From the IMG/VR virus record IMGVR_UViG_3300036406_001149: a stretch of 64,000 nt of DNA, one strand, 5' to 3'. Below, piece after piece: positions 52,171 through 61,476 of this stretch. Position 1 is the first letter of the stretch; every line of letters begins with the position of its first letter. Under the pieces are notes generated by a model, which made no database searches, had not been told where the DNA came from, and was given only the letters and a program-made list of their open reading frames with translations. This stretch comes from a virus. A program made the position numbers and the translations under genes.

Positions 52171-54045
52171 TCAGACCTGATGAGATAATAAATCTTTTAT
52201 GCACATAATCTTATCTAGCATAGCGATACCTAGAATATCGAATTTTACAATACCTAAACTTTCTAGGTCTTGCATCTCCATACCGGCTATGGTCTGTTCG
52301 TTCCTACTATCATAAACCATAGGACAGAGTTCGGCAAGAGCCTGTGAACTGATAGCGATACCAGCCGCATGTTTAGATTGGTTGGTTTTGGTCCCTTCCA
52401 GCCTAATAGCCTGCTCGAAACGCTTCGCCAGAGGGCCAGACAAGTTTCCTTCATCGTCGATCTTGCACCACTGCTCAAGACCTTCTGAATTATTTTCTAA
52501 TGCCCAACGAATAATCGAAGATTCCCCATACTCGTCTTTCATTTCTTGTAGTTCGTCCGCAATTTTTGCTTCATCTGGTATATTTTTAGTAATCATATTC
52601 ATTTCATCAAAACTAATATTACCATAAACTCTTAATACGTCTTTTAAAGCTCCTCTGCCTTTCATAGTATTAAAAGTAATCATTTGAGACACTTTGCTAG
52701 AACCATACTGATTTTTAATATATTGAATAATTTCTTCTCTCTTGTTGATAGGTACGTCAATATCAATATCTGGCATAGAAATATGATCTTTAGTATTTCG
52801 ACCAGCATTATAAAATCTATCAAACAGTAGTCCATATTGCATAGGATCTATACTAGTGATGCCTATTAAATATGATACTAGACATCCAGCCGCACTTCCT
52901 CTTCCTGGGCCGGGAAGCCAGTCATTTTGTTTTACATGATTAACTATATCCTGTACGATAAGAAAATAACTCGACAGACCAGCCCCCTGTAGAACCTCTA
53001 ATTCGTATTTTATACGATCAACATAATTATTTTTGACATTATCTTCCAGACTATTGAGATTTTTATTTTTCCATCCATGCCTACATAATTCTCTAAGATA
53101 CTCGTCTTCAGATATTTGGTTTGGACATTTAAAATCTGGTAAAGTTGGCTTGTGTACTATATCATAGTTTTCGCATAAACTATTTATATAGTGAGTATTG
53201 TCTAATTCTTCTTCAAAATGTAAAGCAGACATTTCTTGATGATCTAATATATGATAATTATCAGAAAGAAAGAAGGTGCCCATAGGGACATCGTCTTTAT
53301 TTAGAATTTTTGTATTTATAGCTGGTAACGTAGTTTTTAAATTATTGCACAACAGAATCCTTTGGTCAACAGCATCTTCTTTTCTACAGTAGTGAGCATC
53401 GGGTGTACAAATTGCTTTAATATTTTTTTGACGAGCTATTTTTCTAACACAATCTGTGAGATGTTTTTGTATTAATAGATTCTGAGAATCCATTAATTGT
53501 GTTTCTAGGAAAAAATTATCTTTTCCAAAGGCATTCTGTAATAGATCAATATGTTTTATGGCCCCTGTTTCCCAATCATCTTTTATTTTGTCGTCACGAA
53601 CAATACAATCTGCTACAGTCGATCCTAGGTGTCCAGATATGCCTATAAGATTACCGTCTAACAGAGATCCTAATGTTTGAATATCTAATCTAGGTTTATA
53701 GTAATAATAATCAGGATTGTTTGATTCAGAAACTATTTTTATTAGGGTTTTCCATCCTTGATAGTTTTTTGCCAATACTAATAAATGAGCTAAAGATCTG
53801 TTTTCTGGGGTTTTAGTAGATGGAGATTGATCACAAATATATAATTCACAACCAAGAATAGGTTTAATGCCCTTCTTTTTCATTATGCTGTGAAACTTTA
53901 CAGTACCGGATATAGTCCCGTGATCAGTGATTGCACAAGTATCAACACCTATTTCTGCACACCTATCCGCTATTTGATCAGGTTTTGACAAACCATCAAG
54001 TAAGGAATAATGACTGTGTACATGTAGAGGAATATATGTTTTCAT
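52171..54045 (-). CDS. dnaE: DNA polymerase III alpha (DnaE), N-terminal part: PHP domain plus catalytic palm
   Basis: LHVHSHYSLLDG, AITDHG, PGRGSAAGCLVSYLIGIT, LLFDRF, MPDIDID, KHAAG and VKFDILG, which together give all three catalytic Asp. Confidence 0.95.
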   Translation of the reverse strand: MKTYIPLHVHSHYSLLDGLSKPDQIADRCAEIGVDTCAITDHGTISGTVKFHSIMKKKGIKPILGCELYICDQSPSTKTPENRSLAHLLVLAKNYQGWKTLIKIVSESNNPDYYYYKPRLDIQTLGSLLDGNLIGISGHLGSTVADCIVRDDKIKDDWETGAIKHIDLLQNAFGKDNFFLETQLMDSQNLLIQKHLTDCVRKIARQKNIKAICTPDAHYCRKEDAVDQRILLCNNLKTTLPAINTKILNKDDVPMGTFFLSDNYHILDHQEMSALHFEEELDNTHYINSLCENYDIVHKPTLPDFKCPNQISEDEYLRELCRHGWKNKNLNSLEDNVKNNYVDRIKYELEVLQGAGLSSYFLIVQDIVNHVKQNDWLPGPGRGSAAGCLVSYLIGITSIDPMQYGLLFDRFYNAGRNTKDHISMPDIDIDVPINKREEIIQYIKNQYGSSKVSQMITFNTMKGRGALKDVLRVYGNISFDEMNMITKNIPDEAKIADELQEMKDEYGESSIIRWALENNSEGLEQWCKIDDEGNLSGPLAKRFEQAIRLEGTKTNQSKHAAGIAISSQALAELCPMVYDSRNEQTIAGMEMQDLESLGIVKFDILGIAMLDKIMCIKDLLSHQV

Positions 54046-55082
54046 GTTTGTCCCGGTGGTTTATAAAAGCCAAAATTATGATTAGGATGTTTATACTGCT
54101 GTGTAACAAATTGAATATCATATAATTCAATATCGTGTTTGATTTGTTCACATTTAGTCATATACTTATCTTTAGGAGATATTTGACCATCTCTGTATTC
54201 AACAAGTGGGGGGACTGCGGTATTTTCGAACGTGGTTTTTCCCAAATGACACAGCTTACTACACATCCACGATTTTGTCAATTTTGGCTTCTTTGATTTT
54301 TTTATGATTTCAAATTTTTGTCTCAACATGTCTTCTGTCGCTATTAAGTCCTTTTTATCAAAACAAATAGAGAAAGCCCCACCATCGTTAATAAAATTAA
54401 TAGAAACTATTACATGATCAATTTCTGGATATAAGCGAGTTAAAGCATAATGATAAATTCTTAATTGTGGATCTTTTTCTAAGTCTTCTTGTTCTTTAGT
54501 TTTACCAGTAGCCCAATTTAATCTTTTACCTGTTTTCCAGTCTATAATTTCTAATGTATTATCATTTACCTTAGTTATAAGATCAATAGTACCTTTTAGT
54601 GCCAAATGACCGGATATTTCTTGATCGTCTATAGTAAAACTGTATTTGCTCCATGGTTTTTTTATTTCAAAATCAAAGTGCTGTTCTGCTTCAACTATAT
54701 GTCTTTTTCTAGGATCAAACATCCCATTATTATAATTTAAGGTTTTATATACCCATTCTCGACAATCCTTTTTATCTACTGGCATCCATTTATGATGTTG
54801 GTTTGTGTTTGTATAATAATCATATACCTGTTCAATAATAGTATCTAAATCGTAGTTATTAACATCTAATTCTCCAACAACATCATCTACAATAGTGATC
54901 TGGTTATTTTGTTCTGCTTTTTTAATAAAAGCCAGAATCTCTAAAATTTTATGTACAATTGTTCCCTTGTCTGCTTTTTTACCTGAAAGACCTCTCCATC
55001 CTAATACATATTCTCCAAAATATTGTTGCTCACACATAGAGTGAGCATTAAAAGATGAACTACGAAAATAAGTAATAATCAT
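54042..55082 (-). CDS. PD-(D/E)XK exonuclease (RecB/Cas4-like)
   Basis: GTIVHKILE, EAEQHF, LKGTIDLI, EIIDWKTG, QLRIY. Cys at MCEQ and MCSKLC suggest a metal or Fe-S site. Confidence 0.8.
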   Translation of the reverse strand: MIITYFRSSSFNAHSMCEQQYFGEYVLGWRGLSGKKADKGTIVHKILEILAFIKKAEQNNQITIVDDVVGELDVNNYDLDTIIEQVYDYYTNTNQHHKWMPVDKKDCREWVYKTLNYNNGMFDPRKRHIVEAEQHFDFEIKKPWSKYSFTIDDQEISGHLALKGTIDLITKVNDNTLEIIDWKTGKRLNWATGKTKEQEDLEKDPQLRIYHYALTRLYPEIDHVIVSINFINDGGAFSICFDKKDLIATEDMLRQKFEIIKKSKKPKLTKSWMCSKLCHLGKTTFENTAVPPLVEYRDGQISPKDKYMTKCEQIKHDIELYDIQFVTQQYKHPNHNFGFYKPPGQT

Positions 55083-55813
55083 TTTATGTTTTCTATAAAA
55101 ATTGGAAATAATTGTTCTGACTGTTGAAGTATATCTAGATTACTATTATCCAATATATAATTAAAATTATTCCAATCGTATCTATCTTGATTCAAAATAT
55201 TTTCTGATTCATGAGATGAGTCATCTCCATAAATATTTCTTGTTAGCCTGATAACACAGCCATTATGATTTTTGATTGCAGCTACTTCATTAGGAAATCT
55301 ACAGTCGTTAATAAGAGCAATTTGTGGTTGGTCCATTAAAATTTTTCTTATTGTTGATTCTGGCCAAATATCTACTTTGATTTTTCTAAAAAAGTCTGTG
55401 CCGACAATTTGCATAACTTCTCTAGCTGTTAGAGACTGACCGTCTAAGCTCATATCGGTCGTTGTATTTTTTTGTTCATCTGTGCCGTAACACTGTTCGT
55501 ATGTTAATCCTAGTATGTCGATACATATTTGTTTTTTCAGAATATCTGCAAAACTATAGACTTTAATTGATCCAGACAATTTTTGTATAACATCTAAAAT
55601 ATAAGTATCAATATTTGGTCGAAGATGATAATAATCAAATACGTCAACAATATGTTGAGAATTATCTGGTTTAATAACTTCTATTTGTCCGAAGTTATTC
55701 ATAATTACCTTAGTAAAGGCATTCGTATTTGCTAAAAAATTAGCGTATAAAAAATTAGCACAGCTGCTTTTGCCAGATTGTTTTTTACCTGAAAAACCTA
55801 TAATTTTTGTCAT
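55079..55813 (-). CDS. Deoxynucleoside monophosphate kinase
   Basis: IIGFSGKKQSGKS (P-loop), SFADILK, AREVMQIVGTD, INDCRFPNE, HESE. Confidence 0.85.
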   Translation of the reverse strand: MTKIIGFSGKKQSGKSSCANFLYANFLANTNAFTKVIMNNFGQIEVIKPDNSQHIVDVFDYYHLRPNIDTYILDVIQKLSGSIKVYSFADILKKQICIDILGLTYEQCYGTDEQKNTTTDMSLDGQSLTAREVMQIVGTDFFRKIKVDIWPESTIRKILMDQPQIALINDCRFPNEVAAIKNHNGCVIRLTRNIYGDDSSHESENILNQDRYDWNNFNYILDNSNLDILQQSEQLFPIFIENIK

Positions 55814-56982
55814 TGTATTTGTTTTCCTATAACTTCCTGAATTTGTTCCACACTCATATCGGCTACGTCGTTTGTATCGATATGTATATTATATATATTA
55901 TATGTTTTATGACATTTACTTTCTATTACTTTTCTGCCGCTATGTCCGGCTTCGTCGTTATCCAATAATAAATATATATTCATAGCACCAGAAATATCCA
56001 ATAACATTTTTTGTTTATCTGTCATCGAAGATCCATAAATAGCAACAGCATTATGAATTCCAGCCATTTCTAATTTCCAAACATTACCAGGACTCTCCAC
56101 TATGATAATAGAGCCTGTTTTTTGAACATATTCTTTAGCATACCATAAATTATATAATGAAGTTTGTGTAGCAAACCCCTTGCTATGTCTCCATTTACTG
56201 AATGTCCTACCTATTTCACACTTTATATCGGCATTGTGGTGTCCTCCGCATGAGTCGCATTTGTCGCATACGCTTCTTCCAGAGCACCCAACCATATGTT
56301 GATGTGTCGTATCATAAATAGGAACCACTGCTCTATTATTCATTTCTTTTCCAACAACAGTACAGTCTCCCACATCATATTTGTCTAAAATTTCACCTGA
56401 AAATCCTCTTTGTAAAAAATATGGACTAGGAATATTTAAGAGATTTCTTACAGATTCTCTAGTTGGATATTGATGTGATGTATTTTTTGATGTTTTGCTA
56501 ACAATAGACATATTAGCCACGAACATATTTTTATCTTTGACAGTAGGATCGACAGAAAGATGAGCAGCATCTATGTTGACAAATTTTTGTATAAATTCTA
56601 ATGCTTCATTAAACGAAGCTATATCATCCCCTTCTTCTTGCCAATCATATTTTTGTTGAGATATAATACCTCTAATAAATCCAATAATAGACCCTTTGAA
56701 TATTTTTTCACATTGATGAGTTCTGCATTTCCAGTTACCTCTATAAGAATCTCCTATATGATATATATTTAGAGCAGACGGGTTGTCTCCCTTATGAATA
56801 GGACAACACATACTATAAAACTTAGAGTTCTCACGATACTCTAAATTAAAATAATGAAATAGGTCCGTAATTTTATCACAGGCAGCATCACAAATTACTT
56901 TGAGTTGCTGCTGATCAATTGAACGGAATTTCTTCTGAGTTTGATTCTTGTATGGTGAATCCATCGTTGCTGCCGTTTCCAT
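55810..56982 (-). CDS. dnaG: DNA primase (CHC2 zinc finger plus TOPRIM)
   Basis: CCPIHKGDNPSA...WKCRTHQC zinc finger. IIVESPGNV and LLDNDEAG...DVAD TOPRIM motifs. Start uncertain (56982 or 56964). Confidence 0.85.
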   Translation of the reverse strand: METAATMDSPYKNQTQKKFRSIDQQQLKVICDAACDKITDLFHYFNLEYRENSKFYSMCCPIHKGDNPSALNIYHIGDSYRGNWKCRTHQCEKIFKGSIIGFIRGIISQQKYDWQEEGDDIASFNEALEFIQKFVNIDAAHLSVDPTVKDKNMFVANMSIVSKTSKNTSHQYPTRESVRNLLNIPSPYFLQRGFSGEILDKYDVGDCTVVGKEMNNRAVVPIYDTTHQHMVGCSGRSVCDKCDSCGGHHNADIKCEIGRTFSKWRHSKGFATQTSLYNLWYAKEYVQKTGSIIIVESPGNVWKLEMAGIHNAVAIYGSSMTDKQKMLLDISGAMNIYLLLDNDEAGHSGRKVIESKCHKTYNIYNIHIDTNDVADMSVEQIQEVIGKQIQ

Positions 56983-58381
56983 TGACTAACTCCAATCTTG
57001 TTTTACCTTCTGTAATTTTTGCACACCATCCCTTCATATAACAATTAATGTAATCGTTATCGTCCAATCCTCCTCCGTGCCTACTCACTAGTGGCAATAA
57101 TTTCCTATTACCATTATCGGGACCATCTTCCGCCATCTCTTCTTCAGATTTCCGCTTGAAGATAGTAAAATTACTACATAACCAGATAATACGATCTGAT
57201 CCGCTCGCGGTATCCGTGCTTTCTTTCGTAATACCATCCCTATTTAACTGAACAAAAGCTACAATAGGAATCTGATATTTGGTAGCAAAATTATGCAGAG
57301 ATGTCATCATGAATCCCAAAACCTGATATTCTTTCATATCCTGAGACATGCCCTGAGTATCCATTAGTTTCAGATAATCATAAAATATGACACACGGCTT
57401 GGCAGACCCATCGTCATTCAGTCCGACCTCTTGAACAATCCATCTTCTCATAATACTCATTTGCTCATCGAAAGATTTCCCAGCAATAGACTTGTGATAG
57501 ATTGGAGTACTTTTAAGTTCAGAGATAGCTTTTTCTATTTTTGTATTTAGGTTTGGAGATTCATTAAATTTTCCTGTTTCGATTTTTGATATATCTATTT
57601 CCGTCATCATTGCTAGTAATCTATGAATATGGTCATTTTTTGTCATTTCGGTATCCATGTTTAAAACTGGTATACCTAGTTTAGCAATATTTCTACCCAT
57701 ATTATCTGACAATAATGTTTTTCCTGTCTTAGGTCTTGCAGCGATAACATTAATGGTGCTACGACGCAAACCTCCACCAATAGCAAAGTCATATGCAGGA
57801 AAACCTGTGGATATACCAACCTGATCTATAGGATTGTTTTTCAGATTATCCATATAATCATCAATATTTTGATGAATTAGTTCCGGCCTATTATCTCCAT
57901 CGCTAAGAGATGAAGCAAAACCGAGAATAGGGTCTTCGGCTATACCTAGAATTTTTGATATAGATTCCGACCCATTTACGTCTAATAAGCCCTTCTTTAC
58001 TTCGTCAAGCTTTTTATAAAGCTTACGAGCAATGGACAGTTTAGTAATTTTACTAGTAAAAGAATTAAGATTTGCAGCATTAACTGGAAAATCTAGTATA
58101 GCTTTTAGATGCTGAGTTTCTTCTTTTTTATTTAAGATAAAGTCCAAATCTAGACTCTTAGCAGCAGAGTATATTGATGCTATGTCTAGTTTTTGTACTT
58201 CCTGCTTTTCAAAAACATTCTTAATACATTTATACAGAACTATATTGCTGTCTATATAAAATGTTTCCTCCGACAAGATATCGGCTACTTCATAGTAATA
58301 TTCTCGACCATATTGGCACAGAATCGCTAATACGGCTCTTTCTGCGGATGGATCGCAGAGTATCATTTGTTCTTTTGACAT
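56915..58381 (-). CDS. dnaB: Replicative DNA helicase, DnaB family
   Basis: AERAVL, GISTGFPAYD, VIAARPKTGKT (Walker A), MDTEM, IFYDYLKLM, AFVQLNR, SRHG. Confidence 0.93.
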   Translation of the reverse strand: MSKEQMILCDPSAERAVLAILCQYGREYYYEVADILSEETFYIDSNIVLYKCIKNVFEKQEVQKLDIASIYSAAKSLDLDFILNKKEETQHLKAILDFPVNAANLNSFTSKITKLSIARKLYKKLDEVKKGLLDVNGSESISKILGIAEDPILGFASSLSDGDNRPELIHQNIDDYMDNLKNNPIDQVGISTGFPAYDFAIGGGLRRSTINVIAARPKTGKTLLSDNMGRNIAKLGIPVLNMDTEMTKNDHIHRLLAMMTEIDISKIETGKFNESPNLNTKIEKAISELKSTPIYHKSIAGKSFDEQMSIMRRWIVQEVGLNDDGSAKPCVIFYDYLKLMDTQGMSQDMKEYQVLGFMMTSLHNFATKYQIPIVAFVQLNRDGITKESTDTASGSDRIIWLCSNFTIFKRKSEEEMAEDGPDNGNRKLLPLVSRHGGGLDDNDYINCYMKGWCAKITEGKTRLELVNGNGSNDGFTIQESNSEEIPFN

Positions 58382-58384
58382 TAT

Positions 58385-58415
58385 ATTATAATCTGTCCGT
58401 GGCTGTTGTTGTCAA
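58385..58415 (-). promoter_or_regulatory. Possible sigma70-type promoter immediately before dnaB
   Basis: Minus strand TTGACA (58415-58410), 19-nt spacer, TATAAT (58390-58385), ending 4 nt before the ATG. The spacer is longer than optimal. Confidence 0.45.
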
Positions 58416-58416
58416 G

Positions 58417-58911
58417 TTAGTTCAAGTTTTTGATTTTGTTTCGTTGAATAGATAATAGTATATCAGATAAGTTTTTAATTGATGTGGCTATATAAAGTAA
58501 TCTATCTGTTCTTTGTTTAGCGTATTTCTTTATAGCATTGAGGGCTTCAGCTTTGTCGTTGTGTTTAATAGCCTGAATTGATTTTTCAACATAGCCATAT
58601 CCTTTATAATTATTTAATTCATCAGCTATTACTTCCTTGATCGTCTCATCTGCCCAATTATATCTTGCTGTTTCTCTATTAATAGTTCTTTGTATATAAA
58701 AAGCATATTGGCCTAACCTATATGCAATTTGTCCACAATCTTCTGGAGATAGACTTTCCAAAGACTTTCTATCCATAGTGAGATAATTATTGAGTTCATC
58801 CTCTGGTAATGAGTCTGGATTAGCAGCATATTTTGGAATATTGAGACCATGCTCATATTCGTCCAAGATACTATCCCAGTTCTGTAATTCTTCTTTAGCT
58901 GTTTTTTTCAT
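58417..58911 (-). CDS. Hypothetical helical protein, possibly a recombination mediator (UvsY-like)
   Basis: 164-aa coiled-coil-like ORF between the recA region and dnaB. Function is a positional guess. Confidence 0.35.
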   Translation of the reverse strand: MKKTAKEELQNWDSILDEYEHGLNIPKYAANPDSLPEDELNNYLTMDRKSLESLSPEDCGQIAYRLGQYAFYIQRTINRETARYNWADETIKEVIADELNNYKGYGYVEKSIQAIKHNDKAEALNAIKKYAKQRTDRLLYIATSIKNLSDILLSIQRNKIKNLN

Positions 58912-59305
58912 TTATAATGTCTTTCCATTTGTCTGTATCAAAATGTGGAAACTCAATATATTGTATATTATTGAGAAAGCACCACTCCTGTTTTTGTTTA
59001 TCTCTTTTTCTGGATTTTAAGAAGTTCAGTTTATTAGTATGATAAAAAGGAACAAACTTATAATGTTGTTCTCCATGAACCTCTATGCATTTTTTAATTA
59101 ATGGAATATAAAAATCTAGATATAAAGTTTCAGAACGTCTAACGGTAATAGGTACCTCTTCTAGAATTTGCATAGTAGGATAATGTTCTTTTAATATTTG
59201 TCTAGCACGTAAATGTAAACTAGATTTATTAGTTAAAGAACCTTTTGCTATATGTCCATGCAAACTCCAGTTGTGCCAATTTCCATCAAGATCCTGTACT
59301 TCCAT
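58895..59305 (-). CDS. Small Vsr/DUF559-like endonuclease
   Basis: LYLDFYIP...CIEVHGEQHYKF...RDKQKQEWC..NNI.YIE. Coupled to recA by TAATG. Confidence 0.75.
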   Translation of the reverse strand: MEVQDLDGNWHNWSLHGHIAKGSLTNKSSLHLRARQILKEHYPTMQILEEVPITVRRSETLYLDFYIPLIKKCIEVHGEQHYKFVPFYHTNKLNFLKSRKRDKQKQEWCFLNNIQYIEFPHFDTDKWKDIINEKNS

Positions 59306-60324
59306 TATTTATTATGTCCAAGAATTTCGTTTATTTGTTTATATAGTTCATTATATGCTTCTTCGTTTTCTATTAAAAACTGGCGAATTTTTTCTGTTCC
59401 CTGAAACTTAGTTGTACTATCCTTAATGAAATCTAAGGTATACCAAGATCCAGCTTTAGATATCAGTCCAACATCAGTACCTATAGTAATAATTTCTGTG
59501 TATCTATCTATTCCATATCCGTATCTAATATAGCTTGTAATAGACCCTCCCGGCGGTCCCAAGGCAGAACAAATAGTTTGCCACTCAACCTCTTGACCTA
59601 TTTGTGTATTTTCTGTTCCTACTAGCCAAGGCTTAAAAGTTTTTGCTCTTAATTTTATGTCCGTTTGATATGCTATTGCTTGACCAGATTTTTCTTTGAA
59701 CTCTGCTCCGTATCCTGTTGGATTACCCATTAAGTGTGTAATGCCTATAACAACATTTTTATTAACAGGTATAACATTAGCTACTTTGCGGCAAAATTTT
59801 GCTAATAGTTTTGCTCCATCTGCTCTTTGCATCTTATCCATATCACTTGTAATTTCTGCTTCCGTACATAAAGCAGAATATGAGTCTATGATTAGTACTG
59901 ATCCAGGTTCTTCATTAATGATTCTTTCTGCTATTTGTAAATATTCTTCAGCATGTAATATCTTTCCCATTTGAGATCCGATAACATGAAACTTATCGAA
60001 ATTTAATCCGGGTATTCCTTCTAGGTCTCGTTTCTTCAATCTACCTTCTATATTTAGGTAGTACACTTCCCTGCCATCTTTGAACGTACCAGAACCGTAT
60101 ATAGGATTCTGTGCTGTTGCAGCAAACGTTAGTGATGTGGTGGTTTTACCACACTTTGGTTGACCTGTCAAGACCACAAAGCTTCCCTCTGGGATACCAC
60201 CATTTAAGACCATATCTATAGCTGGACTCACAGGAATAATAACAGACTTTTTATCCACAACAGAGGCGGCACTAACAATAATATTATCTCCAAAATCTTT
60301 TTTAACGCTCTCTTTAATTTTCAT
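59305..60324 (-). CDS. recA: RecA/UvsX-like recombinase
   Basis: GGIPEG...GQPKCGKTT (Walker A), YLNIEG, LIIDSYSAL (Walker B), GQAIAYQTDIKL, KAGSWY. Confidence 0.9.
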   Translation of the reverse strand: MKIKESVKKDFGDNIIVSAASVVDKKSVIIPVSPAIDMVLNGGIPEGSFVVLTGQPKCGKTTTSLTFAATAQNPIYGSGTFKDGREVYYLNIEGRLKKRDLEGIPGLNFDKFHVIGSQMGKILHAEEYLQIAERIINEEPGSVLIIDSYSALCTEAEITSDMDKMQRADGAKLLAKFCRKVANVIPVNKNVVIGITHLMGNPTGYGAEFKEKSGQAIAYQTDIKLRAKTFKPWLVGTENTQIGQEVEWQTICSALGPPGGSITSYIRYGYGIDRYTEIITIGTDVGLISKAGSWYTLDFIKDSTTKFQGTEKIRQFLIENEEAYNELYKQINEILGHNK

Positions 60325-60742
60325 TATCTAGTTCCTTTAATTTTTCTATGATAGATTTCTTCGTATTTTTATTATTAGCTACGCCACCAATAGACTTATC
60401 TACCCGGATAATTTCTTTTGATATGTCGTTATTTTTTGCATCTATGACGACTTGCTGCTGTATAATGATAGCTTCCAAATGTGGAGCCCTCAATGAGAAA
60501 ATTTTTCTGCCTTTCTCACTCTTAAGAGCAGCTATGATAGCCTTGTCTGTGTGTTTTTTAAGTAGTTTATGAGCAGTAAAAATCTGCGACTTATAAAATT
60601 TGCACCATTCTACATTTAACCAGAACCTATAATGCAGGTCTTTATTTTTTTTCTTCGCTAGGTTTTCACAGATCATTTCTGTAATATACTGTGCTGCTGT
60701 AACGGTTTTTCCGTTAGAGTATTTCGACGGATACATTGTCAT
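60314..60742 (-). CDS. Hypothetical protein (142 aa)
   Basis: Coupled ORF in the operon. No motif recognised. Confidence 0.6.
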   Translation of the reverse strand: MTMYPSKYSNGKTVTAAQYITEMICENLAKKKNKDLHYRFWLNVEWCKFYKSQIFTAHKLLKKHTDKAIIAALKSEKGRKIFSLRAPHLEAIIIQQQVVIDAKNNDISKEIIRVDKSIGGVANNKNTKKSIIEKLKELDNEN

Positions 60743-61070
60743 ATTTTAAATACAGCTTCTCTGCTAGTCCTAAATGAATATAGCTTTCTGTGCGTAAAAA
60801 CAATAAATACGCATCAAAGATATCTTTTGTAACTTGTTTCCATGTCCAAAAATCAAAATTTTCTTGTTTATCGTAATGTCCTGAGCTGTTTAGCCAAAAA
60901 CCATTTGGATTAAACAGTTTGGCGTATTTACCACCTTTAATATAAAAAGTTATAGAGTTATTATCTACGATAATTTTAGCATAAGTTTTCGCAGAATCGT
61001 CTGTGATGTAATTATTATTTTTATCACATCCGTTGCTATGACTACGAGAAGTAAACCAAATCTCACTCAT
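60714..61070 (-). CDS. Hypothetical protein (118 aa), paralog of 62679..63068
   Basis: Shares YAK...KLFNP...KQV...F..Y..FL with 62679..63068. Confidence 0.6.
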   Translation of the reverse strand: MSEIWFTSRSHSNGCDKNNNYITDDSAKTYAKIIVDNNSITFYIKGGKYAKLFNPNGFWLNSSGHYDKQENFDFWTWKQVTKDIFDAYLLFLRTESYIHLGLAEKLYLKYDNVSVEIL

Positions 61071-61476
61071 CGTTTTTTATAGTATTCTTACAGGTGTCCG
61101 TGAGCAAAGACTCTATATTATTGTATAATGTATCAATAACTGTTTTATAGTTATCTGTTATAAAATCTGCCATATATGTTTTATGGATTCTTTCGACCAT
61201 ATTAGATCCTGTCATATCCGGCTGTTCCTGTAATACATCGCAAACTATTTGTATGTTCACCATATATGGACGAGGCCCCAATACTTCCTCTTGGTTTGTT
61301 GTATCTGTGGCACAAGCTTGTTGGAATTGACAAAATTTTTGAGCCTCCTCAGACAACGCCTGTTCAGCTTGTCTAAGTTTGCCTTCTAGTTTTTGTAAAA
61401 GCTCTAATTCTTCTTCTGATATATATTGAGATACTATATCATGAGGTAGCGGAGGCTTATATTCTTCTGTGTTCAT
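61063..61476 (-). CDS. Hypothetical protein (137 aa)
   Basis: Coupled ORF (ATGA overlap). Acidic and helical. Confidence 0.55.
   Translation of the reverse strand: MNTEEYKPPLPHDIVSQYISEEELELLQKLEGKLRQAEQALSEEAQKFCQFQQACATDTTNQEEVLGPRPYMVNIQIVCDVLQEQPDMTGSNMVERIHKTYMADFITDNYKTVIDTLYNNIESLLTDTCKNTIKNDE

Noticed and set aside
51278-52171. Split intein or group I intron at the dnaE break
   Set aside because: No intein terminal residues at the ends of either half. The gap is filled by two coupled ORFs with no room or motif for an intron core.
54042-55082. Cas4-like nuclease as a sign of a CRISPR-Cas system
   Set aside because: No repeat-spacer array or other cas genes seen. Such nucleases are common in phage replication modules.
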